Positions 48,063 to 61,060 are shown, counted from the first letter of the stretch. The stretch: DNA of 64,000 nt from Bacilli bacterium (GCA_050949315.1 JBMNFL010000001.1:896001-960000), one strand, 5' to 3'. A program made the numbers and translations. The notes: a model not told the origin generated them from the sequence alone.

Positions 48063-48083
48063 TCCAGCCTAGATATTTGGATC

Positions 48084-48117
48084 GACATTCATAGTGCACG
48101 TGCTATGGATGTCTTTT
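48084..48117 (+). terminator. Intrinsic terminator after nusG
   Basis: GACATTCATAG...CTATGGATGTC followed by T-tract. Confidence 0.7.
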
Positions 48118-48194
48118 CTTTTGTTTTTACGCGCATAAAAGACTTTAAATTTTAAAATCCACATGTATAATAGAATAAGGAAGGGAGTTGTCAG

Positions 48195-49127
48195 ATGTTT
48201 TTAGATATTAGTTCTTATATTCAAAATGAAACTGCGATGTGGGTTTTGATTGGCGTATTGGCTTTGGTTTTATTGATCTGTGTCATTAAGTGTACGGCTG
48301 ATGGCATAGTCAAATGTCTTTTCAATCTGGCTTATTTTGCCCTTTTTATTGTCATGATTGCCTTTTTAGGGCCACTGGTGGCTTCTTGGTTAAAGCCTAT
48401 TGGTTTTTGGGAGAATCTTTTATCAATCAATGCAAGTCTAGAATCGGCTCTGAGTTTTATTGATGCCGACCTAGCTTATTTTATTTGTGCTATTTTAATT
48501 ATTTTAGTGGCCTTCATGATAATCGTCTTTATTTTAAATCGTGTTTTCCGGAAGGTTAAAAATATTAAAAACAAACAAAGTCGTTTTGTCGGCTTCATCT
48601 ATGGCTTTTTCATTTTCTTTATTTTATCGGCGGCTTTTTTGGAACTTTTCACTTCGCCTTTTTTGGTAAAAGGTGGCAAACAGTTAGTTGATAAAGCCTC
48701 ATATCTTAAACTTTATCATAATCATGTAACTGAACCGGTTTTTGAAATTTTTGATAAAGAAGGTGTTCCTTTTAGCGTTGATGGGGCCTTTGTTGCTGGT
48801 TATAGCGGAGCCAAGGACAATAAGAAAGTATATTTAGAGGCATTTAAGCAATATGAAACTTATATGCTGAATTCTAACGAATATGTAAAGACCTTAAAAG
48901 ATGGTAGTAATTATAATGAAGAAAAAGTTAATAACGCGGCCTTAAATTATTGCCGAGTTGTTGATGTTGCCACTTGTTCCACTTCTTTTGGTTATGCTAA
49001 ACTGAAGGACACCCTAAAAAATTCGGCCAATGATTGGTATGCTAAAATACCTAAGGAATTATTAAGTGGCGAAACTAAAACCCAATTAGAACAAGCTTTT
49101 AATCGTTTAGGGGTTTCTTTAGAGTAA
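48195..49127 (+). CDS. Membrane protein with 4 TMs (CvpA-like N-terminus) and a soluble C-terminus
   Basis: Four hydrophobic segments; ADG and RFVGFIYG resemble the CvpA family. Confidence 0.55.
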   Translation: MFLDISSYIQNETAMWVLIGVLALVLLICVIKCTADGIVKCLFNLAYFALFIVMIAFLGPLVASWLKPIGFWENLLSINASLESALSFIDADLAYFICAILIILVAFMIIVFILNRVFRKVKNIKNKQSRFVGFIYGFFIFFILSAAFLELFTSPFLVKGGKQLVDKASYLKLYHNHVTEPVFEIFDKEGVPFSVDGAFVAGYSGAKDNKKVYLEAFKQYETYMLNSNEYVKTLKDGSNYNEEKVNNAALNYCRVVDVATCSTSFGYAKLKDTLKNSANDWYAKIPKELLSGETKTQLEQAFNRLGVSLE

Positions 49128-49216
49128 GAAATAAGTAGACAAATTCGGGAAAAGGACTTGCAATATTAGTCTAATATAGTATAATTCCATATGCGTCGCT
49201 AGAGGCACGCACCTGC

Positions 49217-49245
49217 GTGGGAGGGTTTGATTCGCCCGTTACCAC
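49217..49245 (+). promoter_or_regulatory. L1-binding autoregulatory leader of rplK-rplA
   Basis: GTGGGAGG...ACCAC hairpin upstream of rplK; promoter TTGCAA-16 nt-TATAAT at 49158-49185. Confidence 0.6.
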
Positions 49246-49277
49246 TGCACGGACAAACAAGTTAGGAGGTATGTTCC

Positions 49278-49691
49278 GTGAGTAAAAGAGTCGCAAAAGT
49301 TGTTAAACTGGAGATCTTGGGAGGACAGGCTAAGCCGGGTTCGGCTTTGGCATCCGCTGGGATTAATATGCCAAAATTTTGCTCGGCATTTAATGACCAA
49401 ACCAAAGATCGAATGGGGGAGGTTGTCCCTGTTATCATCACAGCTTATGAAGATAAGTCCTGTGATTTTGTAATTAAAACAACCCCAGCTGCCGTTTTAT
49501 TGAAAAAAGCGGCCGGTATTAAAACGGCTTCTGGCCAGCCCAATACTGTCAAGGTTGGCAGTGTCACCAAAGAACAAGTTAGAAAAATCGCCGAGTACAA
49601 AATGCCTGATTTAAATGCCAATGATATTGAGTCTGCTATCAAAATCATCGAAGGCACTGCCCGCAACATGGGAATTGAGGTCAAAGAATAG
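49278..49691 (+). CDS. rplK: 50S ribosomal protein L11
   Basis: [23 protein letters not shown]. Confidence 0.97.
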   Translation: MSKRVAKVVKLEILGGQAKPGSALASAGINMPKFCSAFNDQTKDRMGEVVPVIITAYEDKSCDFVIKTTPAAVLLKKAAGIKTASGQPNTVKVGSVTKEQVRKIAEYKMPDLNANDIESAIKIIEGTARNMGIEVKE

Positions 49692-49693
49692 TT

Positions 49694-50380
49694 ATGGCTA
49701 AGCAAGGAAAGAAATATCGCGAGGCTTTAGCGAAGATTGATCCTAAGAAAGTTTATACTATCAGTGAAGCAGTGGCAGCAGTTAAAGAGGCAAAATACAG
49801 TAAATTTGATGAAACCATTTGTGTTTCCTTCCGTTTAGGTCTTGACCCTAAGCAAGCGGATCAGCAAATTAGAGGAGCCATGGTTTTACCTAATGGAACA
49901 GGCAAAGATAAGATAGTTCTAGCTATTACCCAAAATGAAGCCGTGGCTAAAGAAGCCGGTGCTGATTTTGTTGGTGGCAAAGAGTTGTTAGCCAAAATCA
50001 AAAATGAAAACTGGTTTGGCTTTGATGTTATCGTGGCAACCCCAGATATGATGGGTGAGCTTGGTAAAATGGGTAAAATTTTAGGCCCTAAGGGTCTAAT
50101 GCCCAACCCTAAAACTGGAACAGTTTCCACAGATATCGCTAAGGCGATTAGCGAGCAAAAAGCGGGTAAGGTCAATTATCGTTTAGATCGGGAAGCCAAT
50201 ATGCATGTAATTTGTGGACGGACGGGTTTTGAAGATCAAAAATTAGCCGAAAACATTAAAGCAGTTTGTCAACAGATCATACGTGTTAAACCAGCAGCCT
50301 GCAAAGGCACTTATATTAAGACCTGCGTCTTATCATCAACAATGGGGCCAGCCGTAAGGATGAACCCAGAATCAGAGTAA
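49694..50380 (+). CDS. rplA: 50S ribosomal protein L1
   Basis: KFDET, GPKGLMPNPKTGTV, STMGP. Confidence 0.97.
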   Translation: MAKQGKKYREALAKIDPKKVYTISEAVAAVKEAKYSKFDETICVSFRLGLDPKQADQQIRGAMVLPNGTGKDKIVLAITQNEAVAKEAGADFVGGKELLAKIKNENWFGFDVIVATPDMMGELGKMGKILGPKGLMPNPKTGTVSTDIAKAISEQKAGKVNYRLDREANMHVICGRTGFEDQKLAENIKAVCQQIIRVKPAACKGTYIKTCVLSSTMGPAVRMNPESE

Positions 50381-50427
50381 ACTTGAATCTTTAAGTTGAC
50401 TCTGCTAGAATTAGTTAGTCATCAATA

Positions 50428-50531
50428 TACCAAAGACAGTAACGGCCGTTTAGGCTTAATCAGGTTACCGAGGTGTGCAAGATGCGTATTTCATTTATGC
50501 GCTTAAACCCACACATCTCATGTGGGTTTTT
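50428..50531 (+). ncRNA. L10 leader (ribosomal-protein attenuator)
   Basis: CCAAAGACAGTA...TAAT...TACCGAGG core plus terminator AAACCCACA/TGTGGGTTTTT upstream of rplJ. Confidence 0.8.
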
Positions 50532-50587
50532 AATTAAAAGGTATATTGTTGCCTATAGATTATTGCAACAAGGAGGTGCAAAAAAGA

Positions 50588-51088
50588 ATGAACAAAGCGA
50601 TTGTTGCCGAAAAGGAAGCGACGATTCAAGAGATTGTTGAAGCCATAAAGGCTGCTAAGTCAGTCTCGATTGTCGAATATCGTGGCTTGACAGTAAACAA
50701 ACTCGAGGGATTGCGTCGCGATTTGCGCAAGGAGGAATGTGAACTAAAAGTTTACAAAAACACCCTTGTTCATAAAGCGGCCGATCAATTGGGTTATGAA
50801 GCTCTTAAAATTCACCTTGTCGGACCTAACGCCTTTGTCTTCTCTAGGAAAGACGAAGTCAGCGCGCCCAAAATTCTAGCCAAATTTGCTAGGCGCAATG
50901 AGAAATTAGTTTTAAAAGGTGGCATCATTGATGGCAAAGTTATTGATGCCAATGAATTAAAAGTCGTCTCAACCTTACCAAACAAGGAAGGAATGTTATC
51001 CATGTTGCTCAGTTGCTTAACCGCCCCAATTCGCGGTTTTGCCTGTGCTGTTAAAGCCATTGCTGACAAAATGGAAACCCAAAATTAA
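50588..51088 (+). CDS. rplJ: 50S ribosomal protein L10
   Basis: EYRGLTV, VYKNTL, LVGPNA; RBS AGGAGG supports ATG at 50588. Confidence 0.96.
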   Translation: MNKAIVAEKEATIQEIVEAIKAAKSVSIVEYRGLTVNKLEGLRRDLRKEECELKVYKNTLVHKAADQLGYEALKIHLVGPNAFVFSRKDEVSAPKILAKFARRNEKLVLKGGIIDGKVIDANELKVVSTLPNKEGMLSMLLSCLTAPIRGFACAVKAIADKMETQN

Positions 51089-51109
51089 TTAAAGAGGAGG
51101 AAAATTATT

Positions 51110-51487
51110 ATGGCAAAAATTGCAAATGCTGACATCATTGCCAGCCTAAAAGAAATGTCAATCTTAGAATTAAATGAATTAGTTAAAGCTATTGAAGAAG
51201 AATTCGGTGTTACAGCGGCAGCTCCCGTGGCGGTCGCAGCAGCAGCGCCTGCTGAGGAAGCCGTGGCTACTGGTCCTAGTGAGGTTGCTGTTTGGTTAAA
51301 CAATGTTGGGCAAACCAAAGTTGCCGTTATCAAGGTTGTTCAATCAGTTACCGGTTTAGGTTTATTGGATGCTAAGAAATTAGTTGACAAAGCTCCCTGC
51401 GCTATTAAAGAAAAAATTGCGCCAACCGAGGCTGATGAAATCAAGGCCAAACTTATTGATGCCGGCGCTGAAGTTGAGATTAAGTAA
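51110..51487 (+). CDS. rplL: 50S ribosomal protein L7/L12
   Basis: [21 protein letters not shown]. Confidence 0.97.
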   Translation: MAKIANADIIASLKEMSILELNELVKAIEEEFGVTAAAPVAVAAAAPAEEAVATGPSEVAVWLNNVGQTKVAVIKVVQSVTGLGLLDAKKLVDKAPCAIKEKIAPTEADEIKAKLIDAGAEVEIK

Positions 51488-51498
51488 TTAAAAAAGTA

Positions 51499-51531
51499 GA
51501 AACCCGCGCCTTTTAATCAAGCGGGTTTTTT
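51499..51531 (+). terminator. Intrinsic terminator after rplL
   Basis: AAACCCGC...GCGGGTTT followed by T-tract. Confidence 0.7.
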
Positions 51532-51551
51532 ACTGATTTTAGGAGCAGGTT

Positions 51552-52151
51552 ATGGGGCAGTATTTTGATAATGATCCAAATTTAAAAAGCGAAAAATTTA
51601 ACATAAAATACTATGTTAATAATCAAGAATTGCTTTTTAAAAGCGATAGAGGTGTCTTTTCAAAAAGAACCGTAGATTTCGGTACAAAAACGATGTTGGA
51701 ATACCTGTTAAAACAGCCGCTTTCAGGTCGAGGTGTAGACCTTGGTTGTGGCTTAGGAATAATCGGTATTACGCTGTCTTTATTTAAGGATGTTACTATC
51801 GATATGGTCGACATTAATAAACGCGCGGTTTTGTTAGCGAAAGAAAATGCCAAACAATACAACATTGACAAAAGTTTGATTTTAGAGAGCGATGGTTTAA
51901 AGGCCTTAACTCAAAAAAACTATGACTTTATTTTGACCAATCCGCCGATTCGTGCCGGAAAAGCCACAGTCTATTCCTTTTTCACAGAAGCCTATGAATA
52001 CTTAAAAACTGGCGGTTTTTTACTAGTGGTCATTCAAAAGAAACAAGGAGCCCCAAGTGCCAAAAACAAAATTCTTGAACTTTTTGGCAATTGTCAAATA
52101 GTAGACCGGAAAAAAGGATATCATCTTTTAAAAGCATTTAAAGAAGTTTAA
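51552..52151 (+). CDS. RsmC/YbxB-like SAM-dependent methyltransferase
   Basis: GVFS, DLGCGLG, NPPIRAGK; conserved position between rplL and rpoB. Confidence 0.9.
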   Translation: MGQYFDNDPNLKSEKFNIKYYVNNQELLFKSDRGVFSKRTVDFGTKTMLEYLLKQPLSGRGVDLGCGLGIIGITLSLFKDVTIDMVDINKRAVLLAKENAKQYNIDKSLILESDGLKALTQKNYDFILTNPPIRAGKATVYSFFTEAYEYLKTGGFLLVVIQKKQGAPSAKNKILELFGNCQIVDRKKGYHLLKAFKEV

Positions 52152-52198
52152 AAAAGCCAGACTTTCACATCAATTATTGGAAAAGTGTAAAAAAAGAC

Positions 52199-52227
52199 TT
52201 GCAAAGCAATTGTTAAATTGCTATAAT
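52199..52227 (+). promoter_or_regulatory. rpoBC promoter
   Basis: TTGCAA-17 nt-TATAAT, with extended -10 TG. Confidence 0.65.
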
Positions 52228-52312
52228 GCACAATTGCCTTTATATGCACTTTTTTCATTTAAAAAAAGATTTGCTAAAGCAAAAGAAGTCAAATTCGAAG
52301 GAGTGAAAGCTA

Positions 52313-55300
52313 GTGGTTAAAAAAAATCAGCCTATACCTAGTGAAACAAAGAGAATAGATTTCTCAAAGATTAGCGGCACTTTAGAGTTACCATATTTGG
52401 TGAGAATTCAAACTGATTCTTTCAGAAATTTTGTTGAAGAGGGAATTGTTGAGGTGTTCAACGATATTTATCCCATAGTTGCACCTAGTGGAAACATTGA
52501 ATTAAATTACTTAGACTCGCATTTTGAGGAACCAAAATATTCAATTGAAGAATGTAAAGATCGTGATATGACCTATGCCAAACCCTTAAAGGTTCGCTTA
52601 GGTCTGTTTGATAATTCTGAACACGGAGAGATTAAAGTCAGTGAAGTTTTTATGGGAGATTTTCCCTGGATGACCGATAGTGGCACTTTCATTATCAATG
52701 GTGCTGAAAGAGTCATCGTTTCACAATTAGTTAGATCACCCGGTGTTTATTTTAGCAAAGAAAGAGACAAATCTGGTAAATTCGTTTTTGGTGGCGATAT
52801 TATTCCAGGGCGTGGGACTTGGTTACAATTTGAGACCGACGCTAAAGGTTTAATCAATGTAAGAATTGATCGAAATCGTAAGGTTTCAGCAACTACTTTG
52901 TTAAGAGCTTTGGGGTTGACTGGTGATGTCAAAGATTTGTTTGGTGATTGTGAACAATTAAGACAGACGATTGAAAAAGATAATACGATGAGCGAAATGC
53001 TTGATCGTGAAGATATTATTCGGGCAGCGATGATTGAAATCTACAACCGCTTGCGCCCAGGCGAGCCCGCAACTGAGGAAGGAGCAAGAACTCTCCTTTT
53101 CCAGAAGTTTTTTGATGCTCGTCGCTATGATTTAGCTAAGGCTGGGCGCTTTAAATTCAAAAAGAAACTAGGTCTTTACAACCGTTTACTTGATCGTGTT
53201 TTGGCTGAAGACTTATGTGATGAAAATGGTGAACCTATTTATCGGGCAGGCACCCATATTGGTAAAGAAGAGTTGGCTGATTTAAGAGAGCGAAAAGTCT
53301 TCGAAAAAGGCGCACATAATCTAGAGTTACAGACTAATACAGCAATTGAAGATGGTGATACCAGTTGTCGGACCATTGTTCAAAAAATTCTAGTTTATAG
53401 CGATGAATCTCGTGAAAAAGTTCTTCCAATCATTGGAACTGATTTGACGATTGAAAAACGCTGTTTAACTATAGCAGATATCATCGCGGCTTTTTCCTAT
53501 TACGTCAACATCATTGAGGGTATTGGTGATACAGATGACATTGATCATCTTGGGAATAGACGCGTTAAGACCGTTGGTGAACTATTGCAAAATCAATTTA
53601 GAATTGGCCTTTCTCGGATGGAAAGAAGCGTTAAAGAAAGAATGACAATTGCGGAAAGTGATAAAATTACCGCTCAAAATTTAACCAACATTCGCCCTTT
53701 AACTTCCTCTATTAAGGAGTTTTTCTCTAGTTCTCAATTATCACAATTTATGGATCAGACTAATCCTTTAGCTGAACTTACTAATAAACGTCGGCTTTCG
53801 GCTCTAGGGCCTGGGGGCTTATCGCGTGAGCGCGCAGGGATGGAAGTTCGTGACGTTCACTCCAGTCACTATGGGCGGATTTGTCCAATTGAAACGCCCG
53901 ATGGTCCCAACATTGGTTTAATTAACAATCTTGCGACTTATGCTCGAGTAAATGAATATGGTTTTCTTGAAACCCCCTATCGTAAGGTCGTAAAACAAGA
54001 TGACAAATATGTGGTATTAGAAGAAGAAATAAGATATCTTTCGGCTGACGATGAATATGATAAGTATATCGCTCAAGCCAATGTGCGTTTAGATGCTGAT
54101 CATTCCATTGCTGATGAGGTAGTAGTTGTTCGTCATAAAGGCGAAAACATGATGGCGCCTAGAGAGATCGTTGATTTTGTTGACGTTTCTCCTAAGCAAA
54201 TTGTTTCTGTAGCCGCCGCTTGTATTCCCTTCTTAGAAAACGATGATGCCAAACGTGCCCTTATGGGGGCAAACATGCAGCGGCAAGCCGTTCCTTTACT
54301 GAAGCCTGAAGCGCCTTTTGTTGGTACGGGTATTGAAGCCAAGATAGCCCATGACTCGGGTTTAGCGGTGATCGCCAAAGATGATGGCTTGGTCACTTAT
54401 GTTGATTCAAAGAAAATTATCGTTCAAGAAAGTGGGGGCACACGCGAGTATCGTCTTAGCAAGTTTGCCCGCAGCAATCAAGGCACAGCCATCAACCAGA
54501 CGCCTATTGTTAAAAGAGGCCAGAAAATACGGGCTCGGGAAGTTATTGCTGATGGTCCTGCTATGGAAAATGGCGAACTAGCGCTCGGTCAAAACGTCAC
54601 CATCGCTTTTATGACTTGGGATGGTTATAACTATGAAGATGCGGTCATCATGTCTGAACGCATGGTTAAGGATGATATTTATACTTCCATCCATATTGAA
54701 GAATATGATGTCGAATGTCGTGATACTAAACTGGGACCTGAAGAAATAACTAGGGATATTCCCAATATTTCGGAAGATTCAATGACCCAACTTGATGAAC
54801 GCGGCATTGTTATTCCGGGGGCGGAAGTTAAAGAAGGCGACATTTTAGTCGGTAAGATTACCCCTAAAGGTCAAAGTGAACCGACCCCTGAAGAAAAACT
54901 TTTGATGGCTATCTTTGGTGACAAAACTAAAGATGGCAAAGATAACTCTTTGAGAGTTCCTCATGGCGGGGCGGGAATTATTTTGGATGTTAAGGTTTTC
55001 TCGCGCTCTAAAGGTGATGAGTTACCACCAGGGGTTAACGAAGTTGTTAGAGTTTTCATTGTTCAGAAAAGAAAGATTTCTGAAGGCGATAAAATGGCTG
55101 GTCGTCATGGTAACAAAGGTGTTATCAGTCGGATTTTGCCAGTTGAAGATATGCCATATCTAGCGGATGGTACGCCAATTGACATCATGCTCAATCCTTT
55201 AGGTGTCCCCAGCCGGATGAATATTGGTCAAGTTCTTGAAGTGCACTTGGGTGTTGCTGCCAAAAAACTAGGTCTAAAAGTAGCATCTTCTGTCTTTGAT

Positions 55301-55903
55301 GGTTGCACTAATGAAGAACTACTTGATTTTATGGAAAAAGCCCAACTAGAAAAAGATGGTAAAGTTGTTCTTTATGATGGACGTACAGGGGAACCTTTTG
55401 ATGAAAGGATTACCGTTGGAATCATGTATATGATTAAGCTTGCCCACATGGTTGATGATAAATTGCATGCCCGGGCTGTTGGTCCTTATTCTTTGGTAAC
55501 TCAGCAACCATTAGGAGGTAAGGCGCAAAATGGTGGTCAACGTTTTGGCGAAATGGAAGTTTGGGCCTTGGAAGCCTATGGTGCCGCCCATACATTACAA
55601 GAAATTTTAACGGTCAAATCGGATGATATGATCGGTCGTGGTAAGACCTATGAAGCGATTACTAAGGGAAACATTATTCCAGATCCTGGTATTCCCGAAT
55701 CCTTTAGAGTCTTACAAAAAGAATTACAAGCTTTAGCAATTGATGTGAAGATTTTAGATAAAGACGGTCAAGAAATTGACATGAAAGAAATGGTCAAACA
55801 TCGCGACCGCGAAGAAAGGCGCATCAGCGATTATGCGCGTGAGGTTGTCAGTGATTTCCGCTACGAGAGTAGTGAACAAGTCAATGATGACTTGGTAGAA
55901 TAG
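52313..55903 (+). CDS. rpoB: RNA polymerase beta subunit
   Basis: [35 protein letters not shown]. Confidence 0.99.
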   Translation: MVKKNQPIPSETKRIDFSKISGTLELPYLVRIQTDSFRNFVEEGIVEVFNDIYPIVAPSGNIELNYLDSHFEEPKYSIEECKDRDMTYAKPLKVRLGLFDNSEHGEIKVSEVFMGDFPWMTDSGTFIINGAERVIVSQLVRSPGVYFSKERDKSGKFVFGGDIIPGRGTWLQFETDAKGLINVRIDRNRKVSATTLLRALGLTGDVKDLFGDCEQLRQTIEKDNTMSEMLDREDIIRAAMIEIYNRLRPGEPATEEGARTLLFQKFFDARRYDLAKAGRFKFKKKLGLYNRLLDRVLAEDLCDENGEPIYRAGTHIGKEELADLRERKVFEKGAHNLELQTNTAIEDGDTSCRTIVQKILVYSDESREKVLPIIGTDLTIEKRCLTIADIIAAFSYYVNIIEGIGDTDDIDHLGNRRVKTVGELLQNQFRIGLSRMERSVKERMTIAESDKITAQNLTNIRPLTSSIKEFFSSSQLSQFMDQTNPLAELTNKRRLSALGPGGLSRERAGMEVRDVHSSHYGRICPIETPDGPNIGLINNLATYARVNEYGFLETPYRKVVKQDDKYVVLEEEIRYLSADDEYDKYIAQANVRLDADHSIADEVVVVRHKGENMMAPREIVDFVDVSPKQIVSVAAACIPFLENDDAKRALMGANMQRQAVPLLKPEAPFVGTGIEAKIAHDSGLAVIAKDDGLVTYVDSKKIIVQESGGTREYRLSKFARSNQGTAINQTPIVKRGQKIRAREVIADGPAMENGELALGQNVTIAFMTWDGYNYEDAVIMSERMVKDDIYTSIHIEEYDVECRDTKLGPEEITRDIPNISEDSMTQLDERGIVIPGAEVKEGDILVGKITPKGQSEPTPEEKLLMAIFGDKTKDGKDNSLRVPHGGAGIILDVKVFSRSKGDELPPGVNEVVRVFIVQKRKISEGDKMAGRHGNKGVISRILPVEDMPYLADGTPIDIMLNPLGVPSRMNIGQVLEVHLGVAAKKLGLKVASSVFDGCTNEELLDFMEKAQLEKDGKVVLYDGRTGEPFDERITVGIMYMIKLAHMVDDKLHARAVGPYSLVTQQPLGGKAQNGGQRFGEMEVWALEAYGAAHTLQEILTVKSDDMIGRGKTYEAITKGNIIPDPGIPESFRVLQKELQALAIDVKILDKDGQEIDMKEMVKHRDREERRISDYAREVVSDFRYESSEQVNDDLVE

Positions 55904-55916
55904 GGGGTGTAGGGTA

Positions 55917-58900
55917 ATGTTTGATGTTAATCGTTTCGCCGCCATTCAGGTTGGCTTAGCATCGCCAGAAAAAATCCGTGAGTGGTCCCATGGGGAAGTA
56001 ACTAAACCCGAAACCATCAATTATCGCAGCCAAAAACCCGAAAGAGATGGGTTATTCTGTGAGAGAATTTTTGGACCTAGTCGCGACTATGAATGTTACT
56101 GTGGTAAGTATAAGAAAATGTACTATCGGGGTTTTATTTGTGAAAAGTGTGGTGTGGAAATAACCACCAAGTCTGTAAGACGGGAAAGAATGGGGCATAT
56201 TGATTTAGCGGCACCAGTCGCTCATATTTGGTATTTAAAGGGCATCCCTTCTAGAATGGCTCAAGTCCTCAATGTTTCACCTAAAGATTTAGAGGAGGTC
56301 ATTTACTTTATTTCCCGCATTTGTTTAAATCCTGGAACCACCAAGTACTTATCATACCGCGAGATTTTAGATGAGCGTAAAGCTCGTGAGAGTTTTTGTA
56401 TGATTGTTGAAGAAATTCAAAACACTCTTGCCGAAGACGACCCTGATTATGCTCGTTGCAGCGAGATGATTTTAAAGATGAAAAATCTTAAAGAAACCTT
56501 TGATTTTTATAGTGTTTCCAATTTTATTAATAAATATACTGGGGCAGAATTTGGCGTTGGAGCTGAAGCGGTCCAAAGACTTTTAAGAGAAGTTGATATT
56601 GAAAAAGAATTCCAACAGGCCCAAGAAGAGTATCGAGAAACCCAAGGAACCAAGAATCCCAAAAGAGCGAAATTAATCAAAAGGCTTGAGGTTCTTGATG
56701 CTTTTAGACAGTCAGAAAACAAACCTGAATGGATGGTTCTCGATGTCTTGCCAGTTTTACCACCGGAGTTAAGACCGATGCTACCTTTGGATGGTGGACG
56801 CTTTGCTGCCTCCGATATGAATGATCTCTATCGGCGGGTAATTTCGCGTAATCTTCGTTTGAAGAAACTTTTAGAAATCAAAGCACCATCAGTCATTTTG
56901 ATGAATGAAAAGCGAATGTTACAAGAAGCCGTTGATGCCTTAATTGATAATGGGCGTAGGGCGAAGGCTGTAACTGGACCCAGTGGCCGGCAATTAAAAT
57001 CCTTGTCGCATAGTCTCAAGGGAAAACAAGGACGCTTCCGTCAAAATTTACTCGGCAAACGGGTGGATTATTCAGGACGTTCTGTCATCGTCGTTGGTCC
57101 AGATCTTAAGATGGATCAATGCGGGATTCCTCGTGAGATGGCGATTCAACTATTTAAACCTTTTATCGTCTGTAAGATGATTAAGCAGGGTTTAGCTTTG
57201 AGTAGTAAGAATGCTGATAGATTGATTGAAAGATATGATGACCGCATCTGGGGTGTTTTAGATGAGGTTATCATTGATCATCCCGTTTTACTAAACCGGG
57301 CACCAACTCTACACCGCTTAGGTATTCAAGCTTTTGAACCCAAACTAGTGGATGGTCGAGCCATTCGTTTACACCCCTTAGTCTGTGCGGCTTTCAACGC
57401 TGACTTTGATGGTGACCAGATGGCCGTCCACGTTCCCTTAAGCAACGAGGCGATTTGGGAAGCGCGTAATTTAATGCTTGGTGCTAACAATATTTTGGGT
57501 CCTAAGGATGGTAAGCCCATCGTTACCCCTTCGCAAGATATGGTTTTAGGTAACTATTACCTTACTAGTGAAGAAACCGCTGAGGGTTTTCAAAAGCAGG
57601 CGGAACAAGCGCGCAAATGGCATAATGTTAAGAAAGCCGAGAGATATGAACTTTATGCCCAATGTGAAGGCAAGGTTTTTGGTTCCCCAGAAGAAGCAAT
57701 AATGGCCTGTCAAACTAAACAAATTCATATTCAAAACCGCATTGCTATCCGTGCAAGCGCGATGCATAAAACAACTTTTAGTGAAGAGCAGAAAAAATGT
57801 TATCTTGTCACTACGGTTGGCAAGTTGATTTTTAATCAAATTTTCCCTGAAGATTTCCCTTACATCAATTGTACCGATACTGCTAATATCCAGGCGACTC
57901 CTGATTATTTCTTCCTAAGACCGGGAGAAAACATCAAGGATTGTATTGCTAAAATGCCGCTTAATAGTCCTTTCAAGAAAAAGGAACTTGGCAAGGTTAT
58001 CAATGCTTTCTTTGGTCGTTATGGAACGCAGGCAACTTCTAAGATGTTAGATATGCTTAAAGATCAAGGCTTCAAATATGCCACTTTTGCAGCAGTCACG
58101 GTTTCTTTGTCGGATATTGTTGTCATGGAAAAGAAGGAAATCTTTGATGCGGCAGAAAAAGAAATCGCTGAATACACCGAATATTACAATGATGGTTTAT
58201 TGACCGATGATGAACGCCATAATCAGGTAATTAAAATTTGGTCTCGGGTTAAAGATAATCTTACAGAAGAACTTTACGATAAGTTTGCTGAAAATAAACG
58301 CAACCCCATCTTCATGATGGCTGATTCGGGAGCGCGTGGTGACAAATCCAACTTCGCTCAATTAGCAGGTATGCGTGGCCTTATGAACAACCCGACAGGA
58401 GAAATTATTGAATTACCAATCAAATCTTCTTTCCGGGAAGGTCTTAATGTTTCAGAATACTTTATTTCAACTCACGGTGCCCGTAAGGGTGGAGCGGATA
58501 CCGCTCTTAAAACCGCGGAGTCTGGTTACTTAACTAGGCGTTTAGTCGACGTCGCTCATGATGTCATTGTCCGCGAAGAGGATTGTCATACTGATCATGG
58601 AACAATGGTTTCTAAGATTGTTGATTCCTTTGATGGTTCCATTATTGAAGAATTCCGCGATCGTTTGATTGGCCGTTATGCCATGCATGATATTATCAGT
58701 CCCAAAACCAAAGAAGTGTTGGTGGCGGCGAATGAGATGATTAACGAAGCTGAAGCCGATGCCATTATTGATTCAGGCTTAGAAAGCGTGGAGATTAGGA
58801 CGCTCTTTTCCTGCAAAACTAAAGAAGGCGTTTGTAAGATGTGTTATGGTCGCAATTTGGCGACCGGTCGTCCCGTTGAAATTGGTGAAGCGGTTGGCGT

Positions 58901-59777
58901 TATGGCGGCCCAGTCCATCGGTGAACCAGGAACTCAATTAACCTTAAGAACTTTCCACACCGGTGGTGTGGCGGGTGGTAGTGATATCACACGTGGTCTA
59001 CCAAGAGTTCAAGAACTTTTTGAAGCAAGAAATCCCAAAGGCGAAGCTTTAATCACCGAAATTAGTGGTGAAGTTGCTTCAATTGAGGAAAAAGAGCCAG
59101 GTCGCTCCGAAGTGACAATTAAGAATGATTTTGAGGAAAAGAAATATTTGACACCTTTTAATGCTAAACTGAAGGTCGCTCAAAAAGATAAGGTTCAAAG
59201 TGGTCAAATGTTGACCGAAGGAGCAATCAATCCCAAACAGTTACTGGATGTTACTGATGTTACGACCGTTGAGAATTACCTTCTCAAAGAAGTTCAAAAA
59301 GTTTATCGTCCTGTTCAGGGTATTGAAATTGCCGATAAGCATATTGAAGTTATTATTCGTCAGATGTTTAGAAAAGTTTCCATCATCGATGGAGGCGATA
59401 CCAATCTTTTGCCAGGACGTAGAGTTAGCTTAAGGAAATTTACGGAAGCGAATAGAAAGATTTTACTAGAAGGTAAAAGACCAGCAGTGGCTCGTCCCAT
59501 CATTCTTGGCATTACCAAGGCCTCATTAGAAACAGATTCCTTCCTTTCAGCGGCTTCTTTCCAAGAAACCACCAGAGTCTTAGCTGATGCTACCACGAAA
59601 GGTAAAACTGATTATCTGCATGGTCTTAAGGAAAACGTTATTATTGGTAAGTTAATTCCGGCTGGCACTGGCTTATGTCGCAACCGGCGTTTTGCCACTG
59701 AAGGCTTTGATGAAGACGGGAATCCTATCCCTGTTGTCAAAGAAAAAGTTGAGGACGAAGAAATAGAAACTGAATAG
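55917..59777 (+). CDS. rpoC: RNA polymerase beta' subunit
   Basis: NADFDGDQM, zinc-binding Cys motifs, SFQET. Confidence 0.99.
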   Translation: MFDVNRFAAIQVGLASPEKIREWSHGEVTKPETINYRSQKPERDGLFCERIFGPSRDYECYCGKYKKMYYRGFICEKCGVEITTKSVRRERMGHIDLAAPVAHIWYLKGIPSRMAQVLNVSPKDLEEVIYFISRICLNPGTTKYLSYREILDERKARESFCMIVEEIQNTLAEDDPDYARCSEMILKMKNLKETFDFYSVSNFINKYTGAEFGVGAEAVQRLLREVDIEKEFQQAQEEYRETQGTKNPKRAKLIKRLEVLDAFRQSENKPEWMVLDVLPVLPPELRPMLPLDGGRFAASDMNDLYRRVISRNLRLKKLLEIKAPSVILMNEKRMLQEAVDALIDNGRRAKAVTGPSGRQLKSLSHSLKGKQGRFRQNLLGKRVDYSGRSVIVVGPDLKMDQCGIPREMAIQLFKPFIVCKMIKQGLALSSKNADRLIERYDDRIWGVLDEVIIDHPVLLNRAPTLHRLGIQAFEPKLVDGRAIRLHPLVCAAFNADFDGDQMAVHVPLSNEAIWEARNLMLGANNILGPKDGKPIVTPSQDMVLGNYYLTSEETAEGFQKQAEQARKWHNVKKAERYELYAQCEGKVFGSPEEAIMACQTKQIHIQNRIAIRASAMHKTTFSEEQKKCYLVTTVGKLIFNQIFPEDFPYINCTDTANIQATPDYFFLRPGENIKDCIAKMPLNSPFKKKELGKVINAFFGRYGTQATSKMLDMLKDQGFKYATFAAVTVSLSDIVVMEKKEIFDAAEKEIAEYTEYYNDGLLTDDERHNQVIKIWSRVKDNLTEELYDKFAENKRNPIFMMADSGARGDKSNFAQLAGMRGLMNNPTGEIIELPIKSSFREGLNVSEYFISTHGARKGGADTALKTAESGYLTRRLVDVAHDVIVREEDCHTDHGTMVSKIVDSFDGSIIEEFRDRLIGRYAMHDIISPKTKEVLVAANEMINEAEADAIIDSGLESVEIRTLFSCKTKEGVCKMCYGRNLATGRPVEIGEAVGVMAAQSIGEPGTQLTLRTFHTGGVAGGSDITRGLPRVQELFEARNPKGEALITEISGEVASIEEKEPGRSEVTIKNDFEEKKYLTPFNAKLKVAQKDKVQSGQMLTEGAINPKQLLDVTDVTTVENYLLKEVQKVYRPVQGIEIADKHIEVIIRQMFRKVSIIDGGDTNLLPGRRVSLRKFTEANRKILLEGKRPAVARPIILGITKASLETDSFLSAASFQETTRVLADATTKGKTDYLHGLKENVIIGKLIPAGTGLCRNRRFATEGFDEDGNPIPVVKEKVEDEEIETE

Positions 59778-59878
59778 TTAATAGGGCTCACAAAAAGTGA
59801 ACCCTTTATCTTGAAATATCCTTTGATTATGGCATAAAATAAAATAAAGCATTACTATAAAAGGGGAGAAAATCAAAG

Positions 59879-61060
59879 ATGCCCAAAAAACTCAGAGTCT
59901 TAGAAGGCATGGATGTCTATTTACCAGACACTGATGGGGTAATCAACGCCTTACATAATTATAGTTTGAACCTCTATAAAAGAGTTGATTTAACTGTCAT
60001 GGCCCCTAAGCATCGCGGTCATATTGATAATCAAGCGTACAGAATTATTCGCTGTCGTTCTTTGCGTGTGCCTATTATCGATAATTATTATGGTTTACCA
60101 AGTAGAGATAGCAAGTTTAAACAAAGGCTTTTGCGAGAAGATTACGATATCATTCATATTCATTCACCTTTTGCCATGTTGCGTTTTGGACTTAAACTTG
60201 CTAGGAAAAAGGGCATTCCTATCGTCGCTACTTTTCATAGTGATATGCGCACAATTTTTAAAAGCATGTTCTTCTTTAATTGGATTGTTAATGCTTTGGT
60301 CAATAGGATAGGCAAACTTTATAATCAAGTAGATGAAGTCTTCTGTATTTCCTCTTTAGTTGAAGAGCAATTGCGCTCTTATGGCTATACAGGCAAGGTT
60401 ACTTATTTACCTTATGGTACTGATTTTGCGCGTTCAAATAAAGTAGAAGAACTTTGGGAAGAAGGCAATCAAAAATTCGATCTTGAGAATGAAGAAACGC
60501 TCTTTATTTTTGTTGGTAGAATCATGAAATTAAAAAGGATTGATTTCATCCTTGAAAGTTTAAAAATTGTCAAGGAAAATGGCTACAAATTTAAATTCAA
60601 AATTGTAGGAAAAGGCCCTGAAACTCGTATTTTAAAAAGAAAAGTTAAAGAGTTAAAATTAGAGAATGAAGTTTGCTTCCTTGGTTTCATTCCGCGTGAA
60701 GATTTTCCAGCCCTTTATGCACGCGGCGATCTACTTTTATTTCCCTCTTTATATGACAATTTCGGTCTTGTTAAAGTGGAAGCTGCCGCCTTTGCTACCG
60801 CGGGTTTATTTATTGAAAATTCCTGTGCTGGCGATGGGATAATTGATGGAGTTAATGGCTACTTAGCCGCTAACAATCCTGAGGCTTTTGCTAGTAAAAT
60901 TATAGAAGCAATTAAGGATAAAGAAAAACTTCGACAGGTGGGTTTAAAAGCCTGGGAAGATGTTTATATTTCTTGGGATGAATGTTCGCAACAATTATTA
61001 AAGCGACTTGAGGCCATTGTTTTAGATAAGAAAGCTCAAAAGGAAAAGGTGTCCGCGTGA
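59879..61060 (+). CDS. GT4-family glycosyltransferase
   Basis: HIHSPF, FVGRI, NFGLVKVEA. Confidence 0.88.
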   Translation: MPKKLRVLEGMDVYLPDTDGVINALHNYSLNLYKRVDLTVMAPKHRGHIDNQAYRIIRCRSLRVPIIDNYYGLPSRDSKFKQRLLREDYDIIHIHSPFAMLRFGLKLARKKGIPIVATFHSDMRTIFKSMFFFNWIVNALVNRIGKLYNQVDEVFCISSLVEEQLRSYGYTGKVTYLPYGTDFARSNKVEELWEEGNQKFDLENEETLFIFVGRIMKLKRIDFILESLKIVKENGYKFKFKIVGKGPETRILKRKVKELKLENEVCFLGFIPREDFPALYARGDLLLFPSLYDNFGLVKVEAAAFATAGLFIENSCAGDGIIDGVNGYLAANNPEAFASKIIEAIKDKEKLRQVGLKAWEDVYISWDECSQQLLKRLEAIVLDKKAQKEKVSA

